DNA of 63,957 bases, the filler included, from Octopus bimaculoides (taxonomy: Eukaryota), in assembly GCF_001194135.2 (NCBI RefSeq). It is 5 parts of 5 records of this genome, joined end to end, with 100 filler letters (N's around TTAATTAATTAA, not from the genome) between each part and the next. Parts side by side here need not be neighbours in the genome. Positions count along the whole stretch, not along the records: positions 11,085 to 30,572 come from NC_068990.1; positions 30,673 to 55,604 come from NC_068986.1; 3 more parts are not named here. One strand, written 5' to 3'. The notes beneath the pieces were generated by a model, which saw nothing but the letters and a program-made list of their open reading frames with translations, had not been told where the DNA came from and made no database searches. This document shows, one piece after another, positions 24,823-36,486 of the stretch; positions within the stretch are counted from its first letter, which is position 1; the number at the start of each line of letters is the position of its first letter. The position numbers and the translations under genes were made by a program.

Positions 24823-25694
24823 AAGGGAGAATTCACAAATCCTGTGTGTGTATGTATATATATGTATATCTGTATATATATATATATATATATATATACG
24901 CACACACATATATAGATGAGAAGGCAGAGAAATGAAAGTAAGTAGCATTCAGCAAATATATTTAGACTTAAGTATTTTAATAACTAGTTGACTCAACTGC
25001 ACATGACTTAAAGTTTTGTTGGTGCAGACATTTGTACTTAATTTGGTTAATTGAAACCAACACTGGCAGCTTCCTTATATGAAAAATTCTGTTTCATGAG
25101 AGAGGATTTGTGATAATCCCATGTAACAACTCTGTATCTTGAAGGTGTGACAATCCATGTGATAAATATGTGCCATGAGGGGAAGGGGTGTGATATGTCT
25201 CTGTAATAACCTTGTGCCAGGAGGGGAGACGAAATGATAAGTTCATGTGTAATTGTGTGTGTGTGTGTTGTGAGGAGTGATGGGTGTGATAAGTTGACAC
25301 TTCTTCAAAGAAGGTATCCAGTCTGAAAATGTCAGTTGTCATCTCTTCCTATGACAAGCAAACTCATTTCACTTATTTTATTATCTTTTATTAAATTGAT
25401 GGAGTTGTTGGGGCATCGAATAGAGCGCCAGTATTTGTTCAGAGTCTATGTTTTGATTCGATGTCACTATTTCTCTGGTACTATGAATATCATGCTAGCT
25501 TGGAAGGCAGACGTTAAACGATGATGATGATGAGGAATGTCACAGGAAAGAATTGCAAGATGGATTCTTCATGCCAAACCGACTGTCTTTTGAAGTCAGA
25601 ACATAAGGATGAGCAAAATGTTGCAAAGCATTTTGCCCAGTGTGCTAATAATTCTGCTAGCTTACTGCCTTAATAATAATAATAATAATAATAA

Positions 25695-26011
25695 TAATAG
25701 CACTCAGAGAGCACAAACCAAGGCAACACCAGCATCCTCTCAATGATTAGCCGGAGATGATTTTTAAAATGAGAATATCTGAAATAAACTCGACTGCTCT
25801 CACAAATGAGAATACTAAAAATGAACCCAATTGCTCTCAAAAATTAAGTAAAAAAAAATGGAAAAATAATCCAGAATCCTTGTCTGGTACTGGATCAACC
25901 CCAAAATCTAATCAGTTTGTGCCAGTCATCCAGCGGTTCTTGAGATATCTTGTCCATGGACAAACAAACAAACATGACTGAAAACAATACCTCTACCTTT
26001 GCTAAGGCAGA

Positions 26012-26015
<4 letters not shown>
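25695..26015 (-). mobile_element. Helentron/DINE-1-like non-autonomous element
   Basis: Reverse starts attattacctctgcc...gaggtattgttttc...gtttgtttgtttgtc; related copy at 55228 plus. Confidence 0.5.
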
Positions 26016-26067
<52 letters not shown>

Positions 26068-26527
26068 NNNNNNNNNNNNNNNNNNNNNNNNNNNNNNNNN
26101 NNNNNNNNNNNNNNNNNNNNNNNNNNNNNNNNNNNNNNNNNNNNNNNNNNNNNNNNNNNNNNNNNNNNNNNNNNNNNNNNNNNNNNNNNNNNNNNNNNNN
26201 NNNNNNNNNNNNNNNNNNNNNNNNNNNNNNNNNNNNNNNNNNNNNNNNNNNNNNNNNNNNNNNNNNNNNNNNNNNNNNNNNNNNNNNNNNNNNNNNNNNN
26301 NNNNNNNNNNNNNNNNNNNNNNNNNNNNNNNNNNNNNNNNNNNNNNNNNNNNNNNNNNNNNNNNNNNNNNNNNNNNNNNNNNNNNNNNNNNNNNNNNNNN
26401 NNNNNNNNNNNNNNNNATGGTACCCTAGGCATAACACCTACATGAACTTCTAACTTGTTGTCTCTTGAGGTCTCTGGGTGAGACTTGGATCCAACTTGTA
26501 CAAATGCAAAACAAAAGTCAAACATAA

Positions 26528-26616
<89 letters not shown>

Positions 26617-26640
26617 TAATAATAATTATAATTATAATAA
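26014..26640. repeat. (TAA)n microsatellites flanking an N gap
   Basis: Direct reading. Confidence 0.95.
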
Positions 26641-27491
26641 ACGCCCTGTTGCAGTACCAGGCACTGGCTCTCATGGCTTCTGATCTAGAGATAGACTGAG
26701 AATGAAACAGTTGTGTTTGAGAATCCAGCCAGAAAGAGTAATGTCAGTTACTTCTGATAGGACCCTATGGAGGAGGTGCCTGAGGAGCCTACCCTTATGG
26801 CCCTCCCAGGAGTAGTGGGCAAAGATGATGATTGGATCCTTTGAGGGTCAGTAAAAAAAAAATGTCAGTCAAATACTGTAGTTGCTTCTTCTACTTCTCT
26901 CACTCTCTTTCTTAACATTTATAATTTTTCCCTATGAGAAAGGATTCATTGATGTGTAGTATAACTCAGAATGGGAACGAAGAAGATTAATTTTGTGGGT
27001 TCCAGTGAAATATTTAATAGGATATTTCTCAGGTAAAAATGGACGTCAGTTTCACAACGTGTAACAATTAAACAAGTGCAAGGGAGATAATTCTGATTAA
27101 ATTTCTTACAAAAGTAAAAATATATTCTAGCGTTGGTTCTAACTCCATTCATCTTTCTTTTTCATCTTAAAAGACCGTTTTTTTAATTATTTGGAAAACC
27201 TAATCGTGAGAAAATAGCACGATGGCATTGCTGGGATCTTTGGCATTATGCAGTGTCATCCCGTTCTGGCATTGGTGTAGCTTTCAATGCCAAAATTTGG
27301 CACAATTCCTTCATTGATATATTGTAGACTTGTTTCAGTATCTTCTTTTCCTTCATCTCTTATTCATTTCTTCTCATCTTTTTCATCTTATAATCTATTT
27401 TCTCTTCTGGTATTTAATTATCTTTTCTTTATATCCCCCCCCCCCCCATTATATCATATTACTAATCTTTCTAATTTTGACATTTTTATAG

Positions 27492-27580
27492 AGTCTACGA
27501 GATACTCGGGAGATGTTGACCAAAGTTAGTTTGGAAGAAGCTCTTCATTTTATTGAAAAGAATCCACACCCAAGATTATG
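27492..27580 (+). CDS. WDR35: WDR35 exon 10 in window (phase 0/2)
   Basis: ttatag|AGT...TTA TG|gtatgt; SLRDTREMLTKVSLEEALHFIEKNPHPRL(W) vs [30 protein letters not shown]. Confidence 0.95.
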
Positions 27581-28429
27581 GTATGTTGAGTCCATGATAA
27601 ATCTTACAAAAATAACTGCTCCCCACCACCCTCAAAACACCACTGTCTTCCTTTTTTATTCAGATCATTATCCTCATCACTGTTTTAACATCCTCTTTTC
27701 CATGCTTACTTGGGTCAGATGGAATTCATTGTGGTAGATTTTCCATAGCTGGATGCCCTTCCTATCATCAATTTTCACCTGTTTCCAAGGAAGGTTATAG
27801 TTCCCGTGTCAATTAATGACAGGCTTCTTTCAGTTTTCATTTACCAAATCCACTGTGATCAGCCCAGGGCTATAGTAAAAGACACTTGTCCAAGGTACCA
27901 TGAAGCGGTACTGAACCCTAGACCATATGTTCTTTCTTAATCATACAGCCACATGCGTGCGTGCGTGTGTGTTTGAGTGTATGTATGTGTATGGTTTTCA
28001 CATCACTTGATGGCAGTGAGCAAGCTTATACTTTCATACAAGCAACATCATTTGTTTCTAATCTTCCATGTAAACAAGCCTGGCCATGAGGAAATAGGTG
28101 AGGGTTGATGACAGGAAGGGCATCTAGCAGTAGAAAATCTGCCTTAAAAGATCCTGTCCAACCCATGCAAGCATGGAAAAGTGGACATTAAATGATCTGG
28201 TGATGATGGTGATGACTGTGATGATGGTGACGACTGTGATGATGGTGATGACTCTCAATGTACTCCGTGCCATGTCTTTCTGTGTTTCCCTTTTCCCACG
28301 GGTTCCATCCACTTTAAATGTCCTACACTTCATAGACAAAAGGCTGTGTAGGGTTTGAAATGAGAGCCAGTAGTCCTCTCCCCACCCCTGACTAATACCT
28401 CATAGTGTTTAGTCCACTTCTTGTGTCTT

Positions 28430-28700
28430 CTGAGTTCAAATCTCTCTGGGGGTCGATAAAATATTTGTCTTTATTGCCCACAGGGGGCTAAACATAGAGG
28501 GGACAAACAAGGACAGACAAAGGGATTAAGTCAATTACATCGACTCCAGTGCATCACTGGTACTTATTTAATCGACCCCGAAAGGATGAAAGGCAAAGTT
28601 GACCTCGGCGGAATTTGAACTCAGAACATAACGGCAGATGAAATACTGCTAAGCATTTCACCCGGTGTGCTAACCTTTCTGGCAGCTCGCTGCTGGGGTT
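28430..28700 (-). mobile_element. Meta/Nin-like SINE with L1/Tx1-like tail
   Basis: Reverse: head, Meta-like core, then ccctttgtctgtccttgtttgtcccctctatgtttagccccctgtgggcaataaaga. Confidence 0.85.
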
Positions 28701-30177
28701 GATAAAATATGTACCTGCAAAGGACTGGCTGGTGTAAATGTCCCCCTATGATATAAAACCTTAAGCATAGTGAAAAGAAGTCAATATTTAAAAAAGAATA
28801 ATTATGGTAACAAACTTATTGTATATAGAGCTCAGGTGCACTACAACTTGTTCTGAAAGGTTAAAAAGGGGACAGGAAGCAGATATATAAGTCAAGTAAA
28901 GAAAGTCAGCAACCATAGCCAAAAGAATGTGCATAGTTCACAGAATAAAACAGTAAAAGAGGCATAAAGAGATGGAAGCATGGAATTTTTAGAACTAAGT
29001 AAAGCTTGAGTTGAATGGCTACTTTTGTAATAGTGCTTTCAAATTTTGGCACTTTTTTTTTTACCGATTTTGAAAGGAAGAAAGGCAAAGTTGACCTCAG
29101 CAGAATTTGAACTCAGAACATAAAGACTAACAAAATGCCACTAAGAAGTATTTTGTCCGGCTAACGATTCTGTTAACTCACTACCTTTTGTGTGGCTTTT
29201 GTAATAATAATGAGTTTATTGATAAACACATAGCTTAGGTACTCTGCATCTCTTCAGAAAATGGTAAAAGAGGGGCCAGAAAGCAGCAGTAGGTCATGTA
29301 TAAGAACAACAGCAATGACAGCTAAAAGTACCTGCATAGTACACAGAATGAAATGCAAAATGACGGAAAAGTGAGCAGAGAATGTACATGTACATAAAAA
29401 ATAGTTTCGGCAACTTTAGGACAGCATGGAATTTTTGAAAGATTCTCATTCTTGGTTCCATTTTCCCATCTAAAGTTACAGTTAAAACAAATAAGTTATC
29501 AACACTTTGCTCAAATAATGACCAAACTTTGAAGACTGACTTTTTATTTCTTCAATGATTCTAATAAGTACGCTTGCACTTAAGCTGTAAACCTAGATGT
29601 TTATCAAAGTAGCACTTAAATATAAAACAGTCCTCAAAAACTAAAACTATAATTCTTTAAAAAAAACCAAAAAACTCCTCCCTATGCGGCTCTAGGTGCA
29701 GTTTTATGAAAACAATGAGTTTTATATTTTCTATCTTTTTTTTGTTCCCTCTCAAGTATTTTTTCTCTCTTTTCTCAGACAATTCTGTTGTCTGAATAGA
29801 TGCAGGCATGGTTGTATGGTTGGAAAGAAAATTGCTTCCCAATTATACATTTAAGGGTTCAGTCCCACTGCATGGCACCTTGGGTAAGTGCCTTCTAGTA
29901 TAGCCCTCACTTTAAGAGTGCATTTGGTTGACAAAAACTGAAAGAAGCCCATTGCATCTCTGTCTTTTGAGCTAACCATCTATTTATATACACTTGTATA
30001 TGTTTTGCTTAGGCATTGCGAGACTGGTGCAGATCTCAATATATGTGTGCCTCAGAATGAGGTGTTAATCGAGTTACAGAATGGTTATATGAAAATGAGA
30101 TGACAAAGGAAGAAATGGTTATCTTATAAGCTTGTAAGCTAATGAAGTTATAAGATAATCGTTTATTCCTTTGTCAT

Positions 30178-30572
30178 CTCATGGAGGCAAAGTGGCTGAA
30201 TTCCTTTTGAACATTGGGCCTCACAGAAGCAAAGTGGCTGAGTTCCTTTCGAGCGATGGACCTAATGGAGGCAAAGTGGCCGAGTTCCTTTTGAGTGTTG
30301 GGCCTCACAGAAGCAGTGACCAAGACCTTTGGCATTATGTCATGCTTGAGAAGAAGACCCATCAAGCTGAGCAAAACTGCAGTTGTGGCAGATGCCGGTG
30401 TCACACAAATGGCATCCGTGCTGGTGACACATAAAAGCACCCATTACACTCTTGGAGTGGTTGGCATTAGGAAAGGCATCCAGCTGTAGAAAACCATGCC
30501 AAATCAGACTGGAGTCTGGTGCAGCCTTCCAGCTTACCAGCCCCGGTCAAACCATCCAACCCACGCCAGCAT
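30178..30572 (+). repeat. 42-bp tandem repeat (about 3.5 units) running into an RTE 3' end
   Basis: Unit ggcaaagtggctgaattccttttgaacattgggcctcacaga; continues as LGLTEA..DQDLWHYV and the RTE tail. Confidence 0.8.
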
Positions 30573-30672
30573 NNNNNNNNNNNNNNNNNNNNNNNNNNNN
30601 NNNNNNNNNNNNNNNNTTAATTAATTAANNNNNNNNNNNNNNNNNNNNNNNNNNNNNNNNNNNNNNNNNNNN

Positions 30673-30714
<42 letters not shown>

Positions 30715-30854
30715 GTGTTATCTGTTTTATAATTTTGCATCTTCTATGTATGTGTGTGTATATGTATAAATATGTACACATGCATATATAATGTATATAT
30801 ATATACTGTATATATATATATGTGTATGTATACATCTATGTATGTATATATGTC

Positions 30855-31996
30855 AGGCCGCTCTTATGTGCTACTGGTAACATGTAACCCACTATAATCT
30901 GTTGCATGGTCCCGTCGTCGGCGACTAAATTGGCAACCCCACCAAGCTTACTTGGTGAGGTGGGTGACTGTTGGAATCCTGCGGGATAAAGAACAAGACC
31001 TTTCAAAGGACAGAAGAACTCAGAAGAGTCAACGACCATCCAATAAAGTATGTAAAGTTGTGTGGGTGTATTTTGTGTTGTGTGTGTGTATTCTTGTGTG
31101 TATTTTTTAATGAATTTCTATGAATTATTTTGTCTATTATGTACATGGCATTTTTTTTTTGTTTATATGCATATATTTTTTTAATATTTTTACTTGTATT
31201 ATGTATATATGTATTTTTTTATCTTGTTCAGTGTGTATTCATTATTACTAACTTTGTGGCTGTTAGTGTATGTGTGTGTGTGTGTGTCGGTGTGAGTGCA
31301 TGTAAAACCGCTACGATGGGCAGATAGTAGCTCATTAGTCTTGGATGACAAGCTATCTAGAAGAAGGATACTCCGAAATTAAACTTGCAGTCTCAAAGAG
31401 CATTGGTGAGGATACATTCATCTTTATAGGTTATGCTTTTGGTACTAAGAGAGTGGAACTGGGTAAGTGCAAGCTCTCTCCTCACTTTAAAAAGTTTCTG
31501 GCATGAGTATCGCTTGAGCAAAGTTTTTGAAATTACACGAGCTCAATGAATGGGGCTGGTCGTAGCCCGAAAAAAAGGCTTAATTACAATCATGAGATCC
31601 ATAAACTATGAAAATGTAAATGGCAAAAAGGACTTGGGCCTAGAGTTGAACAGGACTGGCTCGGCAGGTGCCCCAGGATATCAAAACCTGGGCTCGGTTG
31701 TCCTTCTGCCACTGCGTGCAAGCAACAACAGAAAAGTTTCCATGAATATTGGATGATGGAATGTAAGAAGATTATTAAATGTAGAGTTAAATAAAAAATA
31801 CCCAGAGAGAAAGTCTGCTCTTATTGGTTAGGAGATGCAAAAGTATGCAATGGACGTTGTAGCATTATCAGAAACTAGATTTGTTGGGCAAGGTAGCTTT
31901 ACTGAGAAATCCAGTGGCTACACATTTTATTGGAGTGGGAAAGAAGGAAAGGAAAATGGTGTTGCTTTAGCTCTGAAAAACTCCTTGGTTGATATG
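30855..31996 (+). mobile_element. BovB-like RTE LINE, 5' UTR and APE N-terminus (left part)
   Basis: NIG*WNVRRLL...ERKSALIG*EMQKYAMDVVALSETRFVGQGSFTEKSSGYTFYWSG...GVALALKNSLVD. Confidence 0.9.
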
Positions 31997-32092
31997 TGTT
32001 GTGTGGAAGTAGAACATCCCTATTTGGTTGGCTCCTAATGGACTGGGCCACAACATAAATGGACATGCACAGAGAGTGAGGGGAGAGAGTCG

Positions 32093-32800
32093 CATCGCAA
32101 CTTTTGGGTGTTGGTTTCTTTAAAACGGGAGTTAAATTGTTACACACTGTTATTATATATGGTTGCAGGTCTCCCCGCGCGGGTGAACCAAGATTAATTA
32201 AATTGTTAAATTGTTGAATTATGTCGAAGAGGAGGGGCTGGAAAAAAAGGAAAATAAAGAGGAGCCATTTACTGTCGTAAATAGGCGAAAGAGGAAAGAG
32301 CAGTTGAACTCTCCACCAGAGAGCCAAAAAGGAATGAAGGGAATAGAGGAGAAAATAGAGGAAGTACCGAGGAACTGGTCAGATATACCAGCAGAGGTAT
32401 CGCAACATAGGGTGGAAGACAAAATCGTGGTTGATTATTCTGATGTACAGACAGAGGAACGAAGGGAAACTACTAGCCCGGATGGCCCAGGTCCGGAACA
32501 TAAACATGTAAATGGGAATATGAAAAAGTGGCATGTAGTCATATGTGTGAAAATCACCGCCATAGAGCGGAAAATAACGAAGTTTAAAAGGTGCCATAAG
32601 GATTAAACTGCCAACAGAAAGTTACACGGAAAACAAAGGTGTGGTAATTGACAAGGAAAGGTATAGAAGATTGAAAGAACTATTTAGAGATGAGGTTAAC
32701 CCTTTGTAAGAAGAGATTGAATTTGAGGAAGCGAGGAAACACTACACTGTACCTCTGAGGTCAGCCGAGTGGGAACTTCTACCTTCTTACTGTGGCAAAC
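32093..32800 (+). mobile_element. L1/Tx1-like piece A: 5' end and ORF1 fragments
   Basis: Starts catcgcaacttttgggtgttgg (like 35523); ORF1-like EEPFTVVNRRKRK and YRRLKELF.DEV / EARKHYTVPLRSAEWELLPSY. Confidence 0.65.
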
Positions 32801-35290
32801 GTAAAAAGTACTCCTGAAAATAGTACTCACACATTTCCTCGGGTTCATTTACCAATACACCTTGATGATTCACCATAGACCGAAGAGTGGAGTCGTTTCC
32901 ACGTTGAGCTTCCACCGTTCGGGCCCATCCAGCGGCCTTGATTCCTTCACAGCCTATTGCACGCATTTTAGCTCTAACAATGCATCTCATGCGTTGGGCC
33001 TCGAGGTGCTGGTTCAATTCCAGTCTCTTCACCTTCACTTGGTCTACATTGCTAGTCCTCATGGCTTCCTCTAAATTCTTAACTAGACTATTTCCTTTCT
33101 TACGTTCCCTTTTAATTAGACCTATGCTATATCTAATAGACTCATATTTTATGTCTCGTTTTAGGGCGTACCACCATTTGTTATTAATGATGGTACCTTC
33201 TAACGCCCTCTGAATTAATTGTTTAATCTGCTTTCTGTACTCCTCAATCTCCAAAAGGGACGTATTGAGTTTTCAGTAGCCAGATCCCTGTCTATGCATT
33301 TTATCTACGTTCAGCTTACAGGTAACCATTTTGTGGTCACTGTAGCTGACTGGATAACACTGTGGACACTTAACTATTCTCTTATCTACCTTTCTAATCA
33401 AAATCCTATCTAAATATGATCGGGAAGACCCGTCACTGTTTGACCATGTCCACAATGAAGCGTCCGGGTGTTCCAACCTATATTGGTCTGCCAGCTGGAA
33501 ATAGCTTAGCAGATCACGAAAGCCAGGGTTACATGTTCTATCCGGTCTCGAGCCAACACAATCTACACGCGCATCGCAGAGTGTGTAAAGTCTCTTAACA
33601 AAACTAAAGAATGCGACGTGGCTAGAAATTTCCCTAGGTCACGAAAATATTCACTTTGTGGACTAATAAGATTGGGTGCATAAACTGCAACCAGCCTCAT
33701 TGTCTTGCCGCAACTGAAGTCCAGTCCAGAACGACCAGCCTACCTTCTGGATAAAAAAAAAAAAAAAAAAAAATTTTTCTCGGAAACCTGGTTTCTTTTT
33801 AATAGGACCAACACCCCACTCCTACCTCCCGCCCGATACGGTGAAACGTATTTCTCGTAGCCGTTCAGGAAGGGGAGCAGATCTCTTGGCCCTCTCAACC
33901 AGGTTTCTGTAGCAACAATTACATCTAAATCTCGCGACCTGATATCATTTAGGAAGCGTCCTTGCTTCCAGCTCGACATCAGGCCACGTACATTCAAACA
34001 ACCAATGTGAATAGCCATAAAGTTGTCTTACCTTTTTAATTTGAATTATCAGGTGGAGGGGAGTTTCCACCTTTTCCTTTTCTTCCTCTCGCGGGATCGG
34101 GGCCGGTAATCCATTAAATATAGAATTATTAAAGTCCATTCTCATTGTAGATACTGTCTTACGATATTTGTTCTGTAAAATTCTATGAGTCTTATTTGGA
34201 ATTTCATACACATCATAGGTGGTAATTTTCTCCTAAATGTTATCAATTTTTTTTGCAGTCTTTAACAATTGAATGTCTCTCAGTAGCTCGGTATCTTTAG
34301 TATATACAGCTATTATGTCTTTTTCTCTTCTGGCAGTTGTTTTTGGTCGATGGTCTGTAGTAGTCGCCGCTCTCGGTTGAGTTGCTGATTGTATTTTTCT
34401 TTTATTTGTTGTTTTCTTCTCTTCTTTGTGATTTTAATTCTAGACGTTCTCATTCCCATATAGGTGGGGATGAGCGCCACGTCGTCCGTCTTTAGCGTTT
34501 CCACTTAATGTCTTTGTGCTATTTCTTTGTTGGTAAACCTTACTTCTACCGTTACAAATTTCCTACCGCTTGTCAGATAAACCACATCGCTTCATATTGG
34601 CTTCAGGTACTTCTCAATCTTCTCTTATGTAATTTTATCAATTTTTCTAACAGTATGTTTTGAATTTGATTGTTTTCTGTTTTTATTCTAAAAATAATTT
34701 TTCTGGTGGTTGTATTTTAACCACATTATCCTTTATTTGCATCAGTTCACTGTATTTCTTGAAATCACACTTGTTCATCGAAAGCAGCCGGGTTCTACCC
34801 CCGGCTGCTGATGCAAAACTTTGTTTTCCCTTCTTTCGGTTCTTCGACTTGAATGTTAGATGCATCAACTATTCTTTTAGACACAATACTTTTATTTTTT
34901 GGCAAACTCGGGTATTCTTCCTGTGAAAGCTCTGACGAGCTTTCTAACACATCTCCAAATAATTCCGATATTTTATAATTCATCTTTGCAACGAGTGAAT
35001 CAAAAATTTAATTTTCAGTAGTTGGCTCCTCGCCAGACGACATGTAATTCTTCCTTTCAACGGAGGAAATAAACATTCCGGTTTCAATGGTAGGCTCCTC
35101 GCCAGACGACATTCTTCTCCGCAACGGGGGAATGCGTGCTTTCTACAAGCACTTAGACAGTGTTTTCAAATGAAAGCTTCAACAGTTATTAACAAATTTA
35201 ACAAGAAACAGTAGTTATTAACAATAAGAAATAGCAATTTTCACAAAGAACGAGGAACTCACCACGCATGGTTATTCTTTTAAAGACTAA
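32800..35290 (-). mobile_element. L1/Tx1-like piece B: 5' UTR, decayed ORF1, ORF2 endonuclease; no RT
   Basis: ORF1 from MSSGEEPT (about 35113); ORF2 MAIHIGCLNVRGL...VATETWL, YLDRIL, YSDHKMV, RQGSGYWKLN, WWYALK; ends at EEMCEYYFQEYF. Confidence 0.9.
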
Positions 35291-35522
35291 TCATTTGAAG
35301 ATTTGGTGTGACATTGTGAACAAGATGCAGGACTGATAAGTAATTACTTTATTAAAAAACAGTAAAATATAACTACCTACTTTGTGGGGTAGGAAAACCA
35401 TTCCATTCTCATTTCATTAATTCATAATTCATTCGCTATATTTTTTTATGTACCCCATGTACTGTTTTGTCTGTCCTTGTGGTGTCCTTTCTTTGTAAAG
35501 ACCATGTGCCTAAATAAAGAAA

Positions 35523-36486
35523 TATCGCAATTTTTGAGTGTTGGTGTTTGTTTCTTTAAACGTGAGTTAAATTGAGTTCGCTCCATGTGAATTTTTGTTG
35601 CATTACATTGTTAATTTACTGAATTGTTGAAACTGTTATTAACTGGAATTTTTGCAATTGTTGTTAACTTGTTTCTATTTTTTCTTCCTCATAATACTGC
35701 CATGGAAGGTAAACCAACGGGAAGTTACGCTGCGGTGACCGGCAAAGGCCTGTCAGTACAGGTACTGCAGGTCCACGAAATAGAATTAAAAGAGAACTAT
35801 AATAAATTTAAAACTTTGCTGAAGAAGGAAGGGGACAACCTGAGGTTGACGGCCCCTACAGAAATGCTGGAAAAAAAAACGAAAAAAAAAAGAACAATTA
35901 TTTACAGAACGTTAAATGTAACAACAAAAAAAGTGGAAATAGCAGCGGAGGAAGAGATAGAAGAATGTCTACGAGACATAAAAGACATTACGATATTTTA
36001 CACAAGGGGAAAGAAATACAGCACAGTGGAGGTACGCTTCATAAGCGAAGAGGAAGCGAGGGAACACTCCACTGTGCAGAAGAGTATAGAAGATTGAAGC
36101 AATTATTTGGAGATGAGGTGAACCATTTGGGGGAAAAGATTGAATTTGAGGAACTACCAAAAGTAGTTCAATAGGAAGAATTAATACCCTTAATGAATGG
36201 TAATAAAGGAGTCCTTTAAAAAACGAAAAAAAGGAATATGGACTTCTTAAAAAATGGTAAAAAGAAAAATGCAAAAAGTAAAAAGAAAAACCTTCAAAAA
36301 TTGTATAAATTCACAGTTAAATTGTACTGCTTGAGAGTGGGGTTCAATGCAGCCATTTTCATCATCATCGATTTCATGATACATTTTTTCATTTTTTCAT
36401 TCTTTTTATGTTTTTGTCTCCATTGTGGCGTACTGTCTGTCCTTGTGTTGTCCCCTCCGTGTGAATGGCCGCAGTGCCAAAATAAA
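35523..36486 (+). mobile_element. L1/Tx1-like piece C: 5' end + partial ORF1 + 3' UTR (about 960 bp, no ORF2)
   Basis: atcgcaatttttgagtgttgg start; MEGKPTGSYAAVTGK...YTRGKKYSTVEVRFISEEEAREH, homologous to piece B LTSGRKFVTVEVRFTNKEIAQRH; ends gtgccaaaataaa. Confidence 0.75.

Noticed and set aside
30013-30061. AG/GT-bounded stretch tested as the next WDR35 exon
   Set aside because: Translates (W)HCETGADLNICVPQNE, with no similarity to the expected RLLAEAALQKL.
35624-36097. 157-aa ORF with a hydrophobic, signal-peptide-like start
   Set aside because: The hydrophobic part is T-rich 5' UTR upstream of MEGKPTG; the rest is retrotransposon ORF1 homologous to piece B.
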